DNA of 63,972 bases, filler included, from Lama guanicoe (lineage: Eukaryota): the NCBI GenBank assembly GCA_013239625.1. It is 96 parts of 96 records of this genome, joined end to end, with 100 filler letters (N's around TTAATTAATTAA, not from the genome) between each part and the next. Parts side by side here need not be neighbours in the genome. Positions count along the whole stretch, not along the records: positions 1 to 932 come from PNXV01028269.1; positions 1,033 to 1,936 come from PNXV01028271.1; positions 2,037 to 2,800 come from PNXV01028273.1; positions 2,901 to 3,440 come from PNXV01028274.1; positions 3,541 to 4,268 come from PNXV01028275.1; positions 4,369 to 4,949 come from PNXV01028278.1; positions 5,050 to 5,476 come from PNXV01028280.1; positions 5,577 to 6,022 come from PNXV01028282.1; 88 more parts are not named here. One strand, 5' to 3'. The translations under genes and the position numbers were made by a program. Shown here piece by piece: positions 1 through 12,891 of this stretch. The notes under the pieces are model-generated. The model worked only from the letters and a program-made list of their open reading frames with translations. It made no database searches and was not told the origin of the DNA. Numbering within the stretch: the first letter of the stretch is position 1; the number at the start of each line of letters is the position of its first letter.

Positions 1-932
1 CTTACAGAGAATGGGACACTGAGGGGTTAGAGTGGGTAGTCTGCTCTAAGTCTTTGCTGTCCTGTTGTCAGAATGCTTTTGTGTTTGTGACCAGCTGCAG
101 AAAGAAAGAAATTCAATACTTTAGGGAAAGAGAATCTTAGCAAGTCCTGAGGACTAGAAATAACCCAAGTTAAAGAGGAAGAATCAAATCCAGCACAGTG
201 ACTGAGGGAGGCCACAGAGCACCACTGGGCGAGACTGCATTGTGATCGGAGCCCATACACAGGATTCTGTGAACACAGGGGAAGACAGTGACGGCAGAAG
301 CAAATAGGGCTTTTCTCTGACTGTTTCAGGCACTCGTCTTGTGATTAGAAATGGACCTGACTAGTAGAGGGGCAGGTGTAACTTTGACAATGCCTGGGTT
401 GTATCAAATATAAAAGCATTATTCATTATTATCGTGATGTTTGCTTTCAAACTTGGTGTCATTGAAAATCACTGACTATTTTTCAGCCTATCTCAGTTCA
501 GTGATAGAGTTTATTTCAGTTAAAAGTAAGGACATGTTACCAAGGAACCTAGCAGCCCCACTGTGTTCCAGTGGGTCACACCAAAGACAGACCCTGATCT
601 GAGAAAGACATTTCTTACAGCTTCTGACCCAGTAGTAGGTCCCCTGAGGGGCCAGCAGGGAGAAAGGGGCGCTAAAGATTTATCATCATGTGGCATCTGG
701 TTATGGACTGGGGAAGTTTAGGCTCTGGTACCTTTGATATCGTCACAGATACTGGTTTGATAGTTATACTGAAGAGCTGTTATGTAGAAGAGGTAACATC
801 TGAATATGTATTATACAGGCATATAAGTAGAGTCATATATAACACAGAGATGTGAGTGTGTGTGTGTGTACTGTGCATAATATAACACATAATAAATTGA
901 AATGTAATACCAAAACACATCTAGGGCCCATC

Positions 933-1032
933 NNNNNNNNNNNNNNNNNNNNNNNNNNNNNNNNNNNNNNNNNNNNTTAATTAATTAANNNNNNNNNNNN
1001 NNNNNNNNNNNNNNNNNNNNNNNNNNNNNNNN
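933..1032. other. Artificial contig-joining spacer (first of 95 copies)
   Basis: 44 N + TTAATTAATTAA + 44 N = 100 bp, with the same structure throughout the window (core at 977, 1981, 2845 ... 63476). The 12-mer puts stop codons in all six frames. Confidence 0.99.
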
Positions 1033-1243
1033 GGGAAGGGACAGACTGGGATTTCAAAATGTAGAATAGACAAACAAGGTTATACTGTCTAGTACAGGGA
1101 AATATATACAAGGTCTTGCGGTAGCTCACAACAAAAAAAAAGTGACAATGAATATATGTATGTTCATGCATAACTGAAAAATTGTGCTCTACACTGGAAT
1201 TTGACACAACATTGTAAAATAACTATAACTCAATTTTAAAATG
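1033..1243 (+). mobile_element. LINE-1 3' UTR end, camelid-type
   Basis: Matches the reverse complement of the L1 3' end at 58562-59044 (gggatttcaaaat...tacactggaatttgacacaac). Followed by a (TTAA)n tail. Confidence 0.8.
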
Positions 1244-3540
1244 TTAATTAATTAATTAATTAATTTCCTGTCAGGCCCTTCACAGAAGTCTGCTGATCTC
1301 TGAAACAAGCATGAAACTCACTCAGCACAAGGTTTGGCACATAGTAGGGGCTCAATAAATGATGTCCCTTTACATAAATGTAGCCTTTGCATATTAATAT
1401 CTATTATTACATGGACTAAAAACTGGTTCCCCCAAGTGCTGCTCATGACTACAGTCTGGAGTGTGGAGACCAGCTCGACTGAACAGCCAGGCCACAAGAG
1501 GCCCCAGGAGGCTTTCTCCACCCCTCCTCTGCTCCCCCAGGGCGTGCCCCTCCGTACTCACCTTCTGTTCTGCAGAGAGGGTGGAGGGGCACGTTCCCTG
1601 CACCTCGCCTGCGCTTTCAACGCTGGTTTAGAGTGTTGCTCAGAAGCACTCCCGCCCTCCCCCATGTGGGCTACACACACTCGGGGAACAGCCAGCTGTC
1701 TTGGAATGGAACCTAAGCAGATGTACGGTGACCTCCCGAGTCCTCGCTTTCCAAGGATTCATTCCAGATCCCAGTTATAAGGGAAGCAAAAATTGTCAGA
1801 GCTGGAAATAATCTACTAATGAACTGGTCACCTGTGAAATCAGCCCCCAGTTCAAACTTTCCTCACCCCTGAGGCCGCTCCTGCCCGTCAGATCAGAACC
1901 TTCATCTCCTCTCTCAACTGACCAGTTTCTGCCAGANNNNNNNNNNNNNNNNNNNNNNNNNNNNNNNNNNNNNNNNNNNNTTAATTAATTAANNNNNNNN
2001 NNNNNNNNNNNNNNNNNNNNNNNNNNNNNNNNNNNNGGAGAGTATATATCGGAACCATCCCCAGCAGAGGCTCAGAAAAAGATCGTGTCAAAGCCACGCC
2101 AAGACTTCCTGAATTTCTGAGGAGGAGAAATGCCTCATGCCCTCAGATATCCATACCACAGGTTTAAGTATGAGTACATACATGTGTATGGGAAATTTAT
2201 CAGATCTATTTGTATAGCTATGTCAAGAGAGCTATTAGGTCGAAATAATCCTTTGTTTGCTATTTGTCAGTGATCTAGTTAAGCTTAGAAACAGAACTTC
2301 TCCATTTCAGTTCTAGAAATAAGAGAAATTTTAAAAGTGTTTTTCCCATTATGTAGCCATATTCTCTTTCCTTTTCTTATTATCTGTAAACCTTGGTATC
2401 TGTAACATCCTATAATTTTATTTTCCATCTTGTCATTTCCTTCCTTCCTCATGCTGCTTCTGCAGAATGGACAAACCCGAGGCTCTATTCTACCGTCCCA
2501 ACTCAAGTTCAGATCTGTTAACCACTCTCTTTTTCTTCTTCCACTTTCTGTTTCTTTAATTCTACAAGTTAATTATATTTGATTTCATTTATTTTTGTCC
2601 TTTACACTTCACACACACACAAAATATGACATTTTAAAACAGTGTGTTGACATCAACACTTGTTGTTTCTTTGGGTGTCTGATTTATTTTCACACATCAC
2701 AGTTTTAGGATATCCGAGTTCCAAATGTCATCTCCACTCATGCAGATGAAAAAATGTTTGGTAAGACTCCCGCGATGCTGACCTCACTGCTGGTAAAATC
2801 NNNNNNNNNNNNNNNNNNNNNNNNNNNNNNNNNNNNNNNNNNNNTTAATTAATTAANNNNNNNNNNNNNNNNNNNNNNNNNNNNNNNNNNNNNNNNNNNN
2901 ATCAACACTCAGGGTCTATATTTTCTTGTTTCGGCCCAGACCTAGACATCGCTCCAGAAATAGATTTGTTTGAGTCAGGCCCTGATGAGCTCATAGCTGA
3001 TGCCAATAGTTCTGCTCAGAGGCGCTCCCTTTTAAGCTGTGCTCTGGCCGCTGAGTAGCAAATAGTGTGCCTGTGTTTCCTTCTTGTTGTGGAGCGTCCC
3101 ACCACACACATGGGAGGGTGTTCCAACAGGTAATCCAAGGCGATGGGCATTCATCCTGCTGTTTGGTGCTGGGATTCACCACAAAGAGCCAGGGTCCTGG
3201 GCAGCCGTGCACTGGAAGGCATCCTGTTGCCCAGAAGCTGAGCCCACCCCCCACAGGTGTCCTGCATGGCCAGCTAGCTTTTCCATTACCCATTACAATG
3301 TTGCAACCAGTCTGCGCAAAGCAACTGCCACCCATCGCTGCTTCCCCTTTCTGCTCAGGGGGCAGAATTCTGGGAGGGAAGTTTGGCAAGCGCTCCGTGG
3401 CTTTGGACCCAAAGTTTTAGTTGATTTAACTCAGCCCCTTNNNNNNNNNNNNNNNNNNNNNNNNNNNNNNNNNNNNNNNNNNNNTTAATTAATTAANNNN
3501 NNNNNNNNNNNNNNNNNNNNNNNNNNNNNNNNNNNNNNNN

Positions 3541-3850
3541 TAATCTGGGGAGGAGAGAAAGAGTGAGGTAGAAGCAGATGAGAATGAAAATCTCAGAAGA
3601 CAAAATTTCACGGGAAGGCAAAACAGGGTGGCATCCAAAACACACAAGAAGAAACTAGCTTCTGACATTTTATCTGCTGAATCACTGTCAGAAAAGGAGG
3701 TGATGGATATTGGCTGAGGTATGTTTATAGATTTGGTGATGGGAAGATGAAGTGATGACCTCTACTTTCTCACTGTAATGTTTAAACAAGGTTGTCAGCT
3801 GAAACTTAAGTGCACGGTGGGAAGGACGCCCAAGAGTTTGTGGAGCATGG
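3541..3850 (-). mobile_element. Degenerate LINE-2 fragment
   Basis: Purine-rich sequence resembling antisense L2; recalled similarity only. Confidence 0.35.
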
Positions 3851-4368
3851 TAACAACATGAACTTTTTCCATAGAGAAATGACGTCTTTCACTGGACAAC
3901 CTATTTGATTTCTTTTCAGCCACTTTCTCTCAAATATTCAGTTCTTTAACCATGCTAAAATATTTACTATAACCCCAACATGCCATGTACTCGCTCAGGT
4001 TCCATGATTCTATTCTTGCTTTTTCTCTGCCTGGACTCTTCTCCCAACTCCACCTCGTCTGCCTTGCAAATCTTCAGTCATCCTTCAACTCTTGACTCAA
4101 GGAGGGGCTCTTTTATGAAGACTTTCCTGTTCGTCCAGGAAGAGTTAGTCCCTTCTCCTTCCTCTTCCAGTAGTCCACGTCTCCCCCGTTAGACTTTGTT
4201 TCCTGAGATCATGAATCCATTATTCTTGCACAGAGCATTGCACAAAACATGGAGATGCTCAGAATTGCNNNNNNNNNNNNNNNNNNNNNNNNNNNNNNNN
4301 NNNNNNNNNNNNTTAATTAATTAANNNNNNNNNNNNNNNNNNNNNNNNNNNNNNNNNNNNNNNNNNNN

Positions 4369-4949
4369 AAATGCAACAAAATGGAGTGAAGATATTCTCT
4401 TCAACACATGTTGCTGGGCCAACTGAACATCCATGGACCAAACAAACAAACAAAAAATAGAATCTACACACAGAATTTACACTCTTCACAAAAATTAACA
4501 AAAAGTAGAATTACATATTGATATGTAAAACACAAAACTATAAAACTCCAAAAGATAACGTAGGAGAAAATCTAGACGACTGAAGGTAGAGTGATGACTT
4601 TTTAGATGTAACACCAAAGACACAATCCATGAAAGAAATAACAGATAAGCTGAACTTCATTAAAATTAAAAATGTCTGCTCTTCAAAAAATAATGTCAAC
4701 AGAATGAGAGGGAAAGCCACAGAGCTGGAGAAAATATTTGCATAAGGTACATCTGATAAAGGACTATTATCCAAAATACACAAAGAATTCTTTAAACTCA
4801 ACAATAAGAATCAACCCAATTTTAAAAAGGGAGAAAAACCTTAACAGATATCTGACTAAAGGAGACATATAGATGATAAATTAGCAAATAAAGAGATACT
4901 CCACATCATATGTTATCAGGGAAATGTAAATTAAAGCAATGAAACACCA
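4369..4949 (+). mobile_element. LINE-1 ORF2 3' region, degenerate
   Basis: L1 ORF2 motifs such as ctcttcaacacatgttgctgg, aaaactataaaactcc and catctgataaaggactattatccaaaata. Confidence 0.85.
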
Positions 4950-5611
4950 NNNNNNNNNNNNNNNNNNNNNNNNNNNNNNNNNNNNNNNNNNNNTTAATTA
5001 ATTAANNNNNNNNNNNNNNNNNNNNNNNNNNNNNNNNNNNNNNNNNNNNATGAAGGATTTGCCTTTCCTTAGAAAAATCTGTATTTTATTTTAAAGATTT
5101 TATTTTAAACACATTATTCTTGTTACCCTTAGCAAGAGGATATTTTATAATTTGTTCTTAGTATTTACCTTTGACTCATTTTTTAAAAATTTGAAGCATA
5201 TAACTCAGGATTCATAGCTACATGCATATGGATAGAGGTACTCGAAAAGAAAATCTACTCTTCTGGAATACTGAATATAAAATTAAAGCCCATTACTGTA
5301 AGCAGAATTTGGACAAAACAAATGAAACATGGAACATAATTTTCAAAAGGATTATTAAAATATAGCAAGTATGCACTTTGCCAAAACAATATAAAATATA
5401 AAAATATACTACTCGGCTTCTGCCTCCCCCCCCCGGAGAGGGTGATTTACGGTCAGCCAGCTCGTGCATTATGTTCNNNNNNNNNNNNNNNNNNNNNNNN
5501 NNNNNNNNNNNNNNNNNNNNTTAATTAATTAANNNNNNNNNNNNNNNNNNNNNNNNNNNNNNNNNNNNNNNNNNNNTTTTCCAAGGACAGATATTATGTA
5601 TCTAGAAGCAC

Positions 5612-5650
5612 ATAGATCGATCGATCGATCTATCTATCTATCTATCTATC
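5612..5650. repeat. Compound microsatellite (GATC)4(TATC)5
   Basis: Read directly; 5612-5633 is a 22-bp perfect palindrome. Confidence 0.9.
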
Positions 5651-6239
5651 TTCCAATGCATAGAAAATGTTTTTAAGCTTTTATGTTTGGAAACACCTCA
5701 AAAGTGTTTTGAGGCAAATAAAACTCTTGAGAGAATCACAAGACCTCTGAATATTTTTCCAAGGGATCATTTATTTCAAATAGTATGAACTCTGGAATTT
5801 ACTAAGGTCTACAAAATCAAAACAACAAAACAACAAAATGAAGCCTTTGAAAAATAGAAAATGGAGTCAAGAGAGAAGTGGCCACAAAATGATAATGTTA
5901 TGGTAATTTATAAGAAAAATTGTTTACATCCTTCATTCTCTCCTCCTCTTCTTATTATCACTTATATAGAAGCAGCAATAAATGGACACGGTTTAAAGGG
6001 TAAACTGTTAAAATAAAAAGCCNNNNNNNNNNNNNNNNNNNNNNNNNNNNNNNNNNNNNNNNNNNNTTAATTAATTAANNNNNNNNNNNNNNNNNNNNNN
6101 NNNNNNNNNNNNNNNNNNNNNNATAGCTTGCTAAATGTATTAAAGAATAAAAATTAATTTTATAAGATGCATTTTATAAACATAAGTTGCTTCATGACTG
6201 ACATCGAGAAGAAGTTAGGAGTGTAGACTTTATTTTGAG

Positions 6240-6655
6240 ATTAAGGCTTATTACTTCTAAAAGATAAAACAGAGTAGGGAAAGGATGAATAGTGAATGAA
6301 AGCATTAAGATTGCCGTGGGAGCCTGACGCCTGTGAAAAGACATAAGGGAGAAAGCAGGACTGGGCAGAGAAAGGCTCAGTCCATGGTGCAGTTCTGACA
6401 CAGTCCCAGAAAAGCTGGCAAGGAGGCCTGGAGCAGATCACCCATGTGTGGGGCAGAAATGGCCAGGCCCTACGATTCTCACCAAGCTCTGTCACTGACT
6501 GGGTGGGGCTTTCTGGAGACAGTATAACCTCAGCTTGAAAGTAGTGAAAGGAAAGTTCCTCAAGGCACTAACAGATGGAGACTGTCAGATAATTGCACTG
6601 CTTACACCTTAATGGCAGGTTTTTCCTGATGTGAGAAGCAAGCAAGCAGTGCACC
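6240..6655 (-). mobile_element. ERVL LTR, LTR16A-like
   Basis: agcaggactgggcag...gggcagaaatggccaggccct...gactgtcagataattgcactg resembles the recalled LTR16A consensus. Confidence 0.5.
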
Positions 6656-7361
6656 NNNNNNNNNNNNNNNNNNNNNNNNNNNNNNNNNNNNNNNNNNNNT
6701 TAATTAATTAANNNNNNNNNNNNNNNNNNNNNNNNNNNNNNNNNNNNNNNNNNNNGTTCAAGATATGTAAGTACACATGGAGAGTTTACTTTGTAAACAT
6801 ATTTAATTACAGGTGTGCATGCATATGAAAGTGTTAAACTATATATAGGGCATATTTTAGATTATTTTATATATAATCAGTATTTTTCCAATAGAAGCAC
6901 GATTACTGAAAAATTCCACGTTACCTTTTTAAAGCACTTTCAGTACATTGTTAGTTCATTAGATCATTCTATCCCCTAAGGAAGCAGATAAAGCGGGGGT
7001 TATTGGCTTCAGAGAGACCAAGTTCAAAGTGACATTTTGACCTTACTGCATCATTTTCCCTGCAATATCATTAAGGTATAGAAGTATCTGAAAATGATGA
7101 GAAGATTGGCTACAGGCTACTGTTAAGTACAAACTGGTACGTACAAGCTCATCTCTGTAGCGTGGTCATTTGGAAAGTGTTAAGTTCATAGTACGGTTTT
7201 AGTGTTAAAACAAATGGTAAAACAAACAAGCCGGGTATGGTGGGTCCCCTTTAGAGGAGAGNNNNNNNNNNNNNNNNNNNNNNNNNNNNNNNNNNNNNNN
7301 NNNNNTTAATTAATTAANNNNNNNNNNNNNNNNNNNNNNNNNNNNNNNNNNNNNNNNNNNN

Positions 7362-7799
7362 GTACTTCTCCCCAAAGCAGAATATGCATTCTTTCCCAGT
7401 GCACATGAAATATTTTCTTGGAAAGATTATGTACTCAGGCACAGAAGGATCCTCAAAAAATTTAAGAAGATAATAATTATTTCAAGCATCTTTTCTGAGT
7501 ATAATACCATGAAAGTAGTAATCAATCACAGAAAAACAGGGAGAAAAAATGACAGCAAGAAGATTAAACAACATGGTACTAAAACAAGAGGGGAGTTGAT
7601 GAAGTAAAATAAGAAATTAAAAAATATCTTGAGAAATATGACAAAACACTATGCAAAGTTTATGGAATACAATTAAAGCAGGCTTAAGAGGGAAGATCAC
7701 TGTGACAAAGCCCTCCTCAAAGAAGAAGAGCATTTTCAAATAAATAATCCTATGTTCTATGTAAACTAATCATGAAAAGAAGAGCAAACAAAACCAAAA
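7362..7799 (+). mobile_element. LINE-1 ORF2 endonuclease-domain end, degenerate
   Basis: gcagaatatgcattctttcccagtgcacatgaaatattttct corresponds to the L1 EN segment AEYTFFSSAHGTFS; stops present. Confidence 0.85.
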
Positions 7800-7899
7800 N
7801 NNNNNNNNNNNNNNNNNNNNNNNNNNNNNNNNNNNNNNNNNNNTTAATTAATTAANNNNNNNNNNNNNNNNNNNNNNNNNNNNNNNNNNNNNNNNNNNN

Positions 7900-7916
7900 C
7901 CGCCATCTGGTGGTCA
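7900..7916 (-). promoter_or_regulatory. CTCF-like core motif
   Basis: Reverse strand reads TGACCACCAGATGGCGG, a close match to the CTCF core CCACCAGRKGGCGC. Motif match only, at a fragment edge. Confidence 0.4.
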
Positions 7917-8605
7917 CATCTCTAACTACAGAACTTTCTGGTTAAATGGTTTCTTACCCTGTGCCTGTAAGTGACTCAGATTCACAAAAGCAGCAATAGT
8001 CATCTAATGTGCCTTAGATTGGAGAGTAAATGCACGTTAATAGTGCAGAGATCAGGATTTATACCTCTGCACACTACTGAGTCGTTGTTCCGAAGCTGGA
8101 CAGAGGTAAATGCTGTTGCTGGTTACTCAACAATGGACCCGGGATATAGGTTTGAAATCAGAAATGCACCATGATTCACTCTCTCAAACAAGGAGAATAT
8201 AAAGGTTCCATTTGAAGCCAGTGCACCATCCTCATTTATCTGTAGTGAAGGAAAACTCTCCCTAAAAAGAGTTTGTAAACCAAAGATCACAGAATGAAAG
8301 AGAAGATCAGTTGATACTTAAATGACTATTTTCTCAGTCTCTGCTCTTCTAAGCTGGTCTTGCCCAACAACGTGCTATTGCATAGGAATGTACAGTGTCG
8401 GCAGTCAAAATATGCAATCTTCCCTCACCTAAGATGATTATGACAAAAATAAAGGGTGAAACCTCATAGTAAAGAAGAAGAGGGAGAATTTCCATGAATT
8501 AGTAANNNNNNNNNNNNNNNNNNNNNNNNNNNNNNNNNNNNNNNNNNNNTTAATTAATTAANNNNNNNNNNNNNNNNNNNNNNNNNNNNNNNNNNNNNNN
8601 NNNNN

Positions 8606-9278
8606 TATTTCTGTGAAAAATACCATTGTAATTTTAGTAAGTATAAGGATTGCATTGAATCTATAGATTGCTTTGGGTAGTATAAACAGTTTAACATTAA
8701 GTCTTTCAATACATGAGCATGGAATACTTTCTGTAATTTGTATCTTCCTTAATATCTTTCATTAGTGTTGTATAGTTTTCAGAGTGCAGATTTTTCACTT
8801 CCTAGGTTACATTTATTCGTAGGTAGTTTACTTTTTTTGATGTAATTGTAAATGGGATGGTTTTCTTAAATTTTCTTTCTAATAGTTTGTTATCAATGTA
8901 TAGAAATACAACAGATTTTTGTACACTGATTTTGTATCCTGCAAGTTAACTGAATTTGTCTCTAAGTTCTAAAAGCTTTTTGATGGAGTCTTTAGAGTTT
9001 TCTATTTATAATATTATGCCATCTGTAAATAGTGATAGTTTTACTTCTTTTCTAATTTGGATGCCTTTTCTTTCTTTTTTTCACCTATTGCTCTGGCTAG
9101 GACTTCCAATAATATGTTGAATAAAAGTGGTGATAGTGGGCATCTGTGTCTTTTTCCTGATCTTAGAGGAAAAGTTTTCAGTTTTTCAGCATTGAGTATT
9201 GTGTTTGTTATGGATTTGTCATTTTGGCCTTTATTATGCTGAGGTATGTTTCCTTTATACCCATTTTGTTGAGAGTTT
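8606..9278 (-). mobile_element. LINE-1 ORF2 reverse-transcriptase region
   Basis: Antisense L1 text: gattgcattgaatctatagattgctttggg and ctctggctaggacttccaataatatgttgaata. Confidence 0.9.
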
Positions 9279-10426
9279 NNNNNNNNNNNNNNNNNNNNNN
9301 NNNNNNNNNNNNNNNNNNNNNNTTAATTAATTAANNNNNNNNNNNNNNNNNNNNNNNNNNNNNNNNNNNNNNNNNNNNTTTCTACTCATTGTCACTTTCC
9401 TTTTCAAATTCAGAAAGTACATATGAATGGCCCACCAACATTTCTAAAATGCCCAACACGGAAAGTACTATTATAATTAACTTTAACAGAGATTCCCTAA
9501 GAACATGTATTTACACGTACAAAAACTAGCAAAAGCAGTTAGAAGTAGCATTAGCTTTCGTAGTCAGTAGACTTCCCGAGGGGCCATCAGTGTCGTTCCT
9601 TCGGGGTCTTTCCTAGAAAACAGCATCTTCATGTCCAGTGCATGGCCACGCCTGGCCTCCCTCAGGGAGGACCCAGGTACCCACGGGACACAACCACCCA
9701 TGACAGCCCATGCTCAGAGAGTGGAGGGGAGCCCTGGAAACAGATCCCTTCCGCCTCTACACCCACGGGAGCCTGGCCACATCCCAGGGCAGACTGGAGA
9801 CCCACACAGCCTGAGGACCCAGGCCTGGGCCCTGCCTCCAGCCCCACACTGGGAGGCGGTGTGCCTTGCAGAGCAAGGCTTACTGAGGGGTCCTCATGTC
9901 TCTGTCTGATATACCGTATGACTGATCTGAAGGCACAGAGGTAATGACATTAGAACAGAGCCGCATGCAAGATCCTAGTGGAAAACACGACACAACAGGA
10001 TGCGTTCACCTGCAGGAGCTCCCTGCACGCAAGCCAAGGTGGGCGGCTCGCTCGGCACCGCCCGCCCCGGTGGTGGGCCATCCTGCCCTGCCGGAGGCCC
10101 CACCGCAGGCACCACGTGGGGCTTCACAGCTGACCACACGCACTGCTGCAGGCAGGGAGGAGGGGAGAGGGGTCCACGTGTCTGCTGCATCTCCTGCCAA
10201 GCACAGAATGGGGGCTTCTGGTGTGTGGGCAGCCGCAATTCCAGGGCTCCCGGTGACCGTCCTTTACGTTCCGAGTCCCCTGAGGCAGAGGGTGTTGCTG
10301 CCCGAGACGGCACCAGGGATGCTCTGNNNNNNNNNNNNNNNNNNNNNNNNNNNNNNNNNNNNNNNNNNNNTTAATTAATTAANNNNNNNNNNNNNNNNNN
10401 NNNNNNNNNNNNNNNNNNNNNNNNNN

Positions 10427-10731
10427 CAGGCGGGGGTCAGCAACCTTGACAATGGGCACGGGGGCGTGGCTCCCCTAAGGCCTAGGCCGGCTTGTGTGTG
10501 GCCTTCCTCTGGCTGCTGCTGCTGCCACCCGCAGCCACCCCGGCGCTGCGGGGGGTCCTCCGCCAGGGCCTTGGCGGCGCCCGGCCGGGCCCCAGGCGCG
10601 GGGCGCCGGTGGAGGCGGCGCTCTGACCCCTGACGCGCTGCCTTTGGCTCCGGGGGCCGCAGGTGCCTTGGGGCCTCAGTGTGGGGCGGGGTCGGGTTAC
10701 AAAGGAGGGCCTCAGGGGGGCGCGGCTGTGA
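10427..10731. promoter_or_regulatory. CpG-island fragment
   Basis: Very GC-rich with many intact CpGs and GC boxes (ggggcgggg, ggggcgtggc). Confidence 0.6.
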
Positions 10732-10831
10732 NNNNNNNNNNNNNNNNNNNNNNNNNNNNNNNNNNNNNNNNNNNNTTAATTAATTAANNNNNNNNNNNNN
10801 NNNNNNNNNNNNNNNNNNNNNNNNNNNNNNN

Positions 10832-11355
10832 GCGCAGAATCCTAGCATTCCCTGGCTGACAGAACTTAGGAAAACCCTCAAGGGAGTCGAGTTTAGGCAG
10901 TCCATTAGAACGCACGCGCTGCTGACTTTCGGTGGAACCTCCCCACGCTCAGGATTCCGGAACCATAATCAGTCCGTGGGGGAGCTCGAGAGAAAACTCC
11001 ACGAAGCTCTCTTCAGTCACAGGTCTTCCCGGTCCGGGGGAAGTCCGAGAAATACACTACCAGACCTTAGGGAGGCAGCCTCTGACTCTGGGATTTCCTG
11101 TAAACACCCCTAGCGTTCCCTGGCACAGAGACATTAGGAAAACCCTCAGGGGTGACAAGCATAGTCATTCCCTTAGAACCCAAGCGCTGCCGACCGTTGG
11201 TGGAAGCTCCCCACGCTCAGGATTCTGGAACTATAATCAGTACATTGGCGAGCTCGAGAGACAACTCCACGCAGCTCTCTTCAGTCAGAGGTCTTCCCGG
11301 TCCATAGGAAGTCCGAGAAATATCTTCCCTGTCCTTAGGGAGGCAGCCTCTGTCT
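10832..11355 (+). repeat. 268-bp satellite, about 2 monomers
   Basis: Landmarks repeat at 268 bp: ttaggaaaaccctca 10866/11134, ccccacgctcaggatt 10941/11209, gagctcgagaga 10982/11250. Confidence 0.9.
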
Positions 11356-12192
11356 NNNNNNNNNNNNNNNNNNNNNNNNNNNNNNNNNNNNNNNNNNNNT
11401 TAATTAATTAANNNNNNNNNNNNNNNNNNNNNNNNNNNNNNNNNNNNNNNNNNNNCTGCGATCAATGTGAAGACAGACTCAGTCTGTGACAGACGCTGGT
11501 GCAGCGTATCTGGCGCTGTACGTGGCAGCTGTCGAATCAAACGCTAACTATTCACCCACGAAAACATACCTGTACACAAATAAATTCGCCAGCTAATATT
11601 CATCACTTTGCTATAGACAATAGGTCTGTTTCAACACTCTTCAAAGGAAATAAACTTTATGAAGATTCTAATATGATCAAACCACCTTAAAAAATGCCAC
11701 TGTATAAACTGGGTTTCATATATGGAGAAAAAGCTAAGTACTAATAATTCAAATATTTATTAGATAAATGTTTCAAAACACTTCTTTAAAATAGTAAGTT
11801 CCCTTTCTCTAAATACTCAGTCCTATGAAATATGGAAACACCCCTTACACAGAGTACCTCGGATTTAACATAACAGGACTNNNNNNNNNNNNNNNNNNNN
11901 NNNNNNNNNNNNNNNNNNNNNNNNTTAATTAATTAANNNNNNNNNNNNNNNNNNNNNNNNNNNNNNNNNNNNNNNNNNNNGGTCCATTTACGACATTTAA
12001 TCCAGCTCATAAGAGCTGATGCCACATGGGAGCAGAACAAACATGAACCTCACTGGCTGTATTTGCTTAAATTATGTTGGAAGACATACCTGGGATCTCA
12101 GTGCCTTTAATCTTCACAGCAGTAGAATCACTTTTATGATAAAGTAAAAATCTTGGTGTCCTGAAGCCATTGTGAAGATGGAATTCTGCATG

Positions 12193-12415
12193 TTGTAGTG
12201 ATTATAGCGAGGACCAGAGTAAGACTGCTTGTGTTCAAATTCAGATTCCATCACATATTGGATGGGACTCTCAGCAAGTTACCTAATTTCTCTTTACCTC
12301 AGTGTATCCATCTGTAAAATGGGTGCAGCAAAGATTTATTTTGAGAATTCATTACATGTCTCCAGATAACATCTAAATAATGCTTGTTATGCATTAAGTC
12401 CCAGATAAGTGTTAA
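12193..12415 (+). mobile_element. MIR SINE
   Basis: MIR core gcaagttacctaatttctctttacctcagtgtatccatctgtaaaatggg. Confidence 0.6.
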
Positions 12416-12891
12416 TTCAGGTGGGGTAGGATAACTTTTAGACTATTACTTTTCCCCCTCAACTCTAATTGCATGCTCTACTGATTTTTACTTAACCTTC
12501 TAATCATGAATCAATACAATAATTATCAACATGCATTTTGATAGTGTGAAGAAACATGGAAGCAAATGTAAGGTTTATTGAAGTCAGAATAGAGATTTGC
12601 TCCAATAATTAGAGGCCAAAACGGATGCTTTTTTGAATTCTTGTTTCTGCTGTGGGTATATGTGTGCATGTTTGTTTGTTTTTATTGTCTCTTATTAAGC
12701 CATCATATCACCTCCCTTTTGCTTAATCCCATTTGCTAGTTTGCTGTTTCTTATCTGCTGTGAGTTGAGATACCAAATAACTAAATTCATGNNNNNNNNN
12801 NNNNNNNNNNNNNNNNNNNNNNNNNNNNNNNNNNNTTAATTAATTAANNNNNNNNNNNNNNNNNNNNNNNNNNNNNNNNNNNNNNNNNNNN

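Noticed and set aside
194..236. CACAGTG as a V(D)J recombination signal, and a 15-bp match ccactgggcgagact shared with 43550
   Set aside because: No ACAAAAACC nonamer at 12 or 23 bp spacing; about one 15-mer match is expected by chance in this much sequence.
1244..1265. TTAATTAATTAA without flanking Ns
   Set aside because: Natural (TTAA)n derived from an L1 tail; it only matters as a false split point.
10452..10627. Signal-peptide-like reading VAFLWLLLLPPAATPALRG
   Set aside because: The upstream ATG frame hits TAA after 8 codons and this frame ends in TGA. It is explained by a (CTG)n run, and I recognise no gene.
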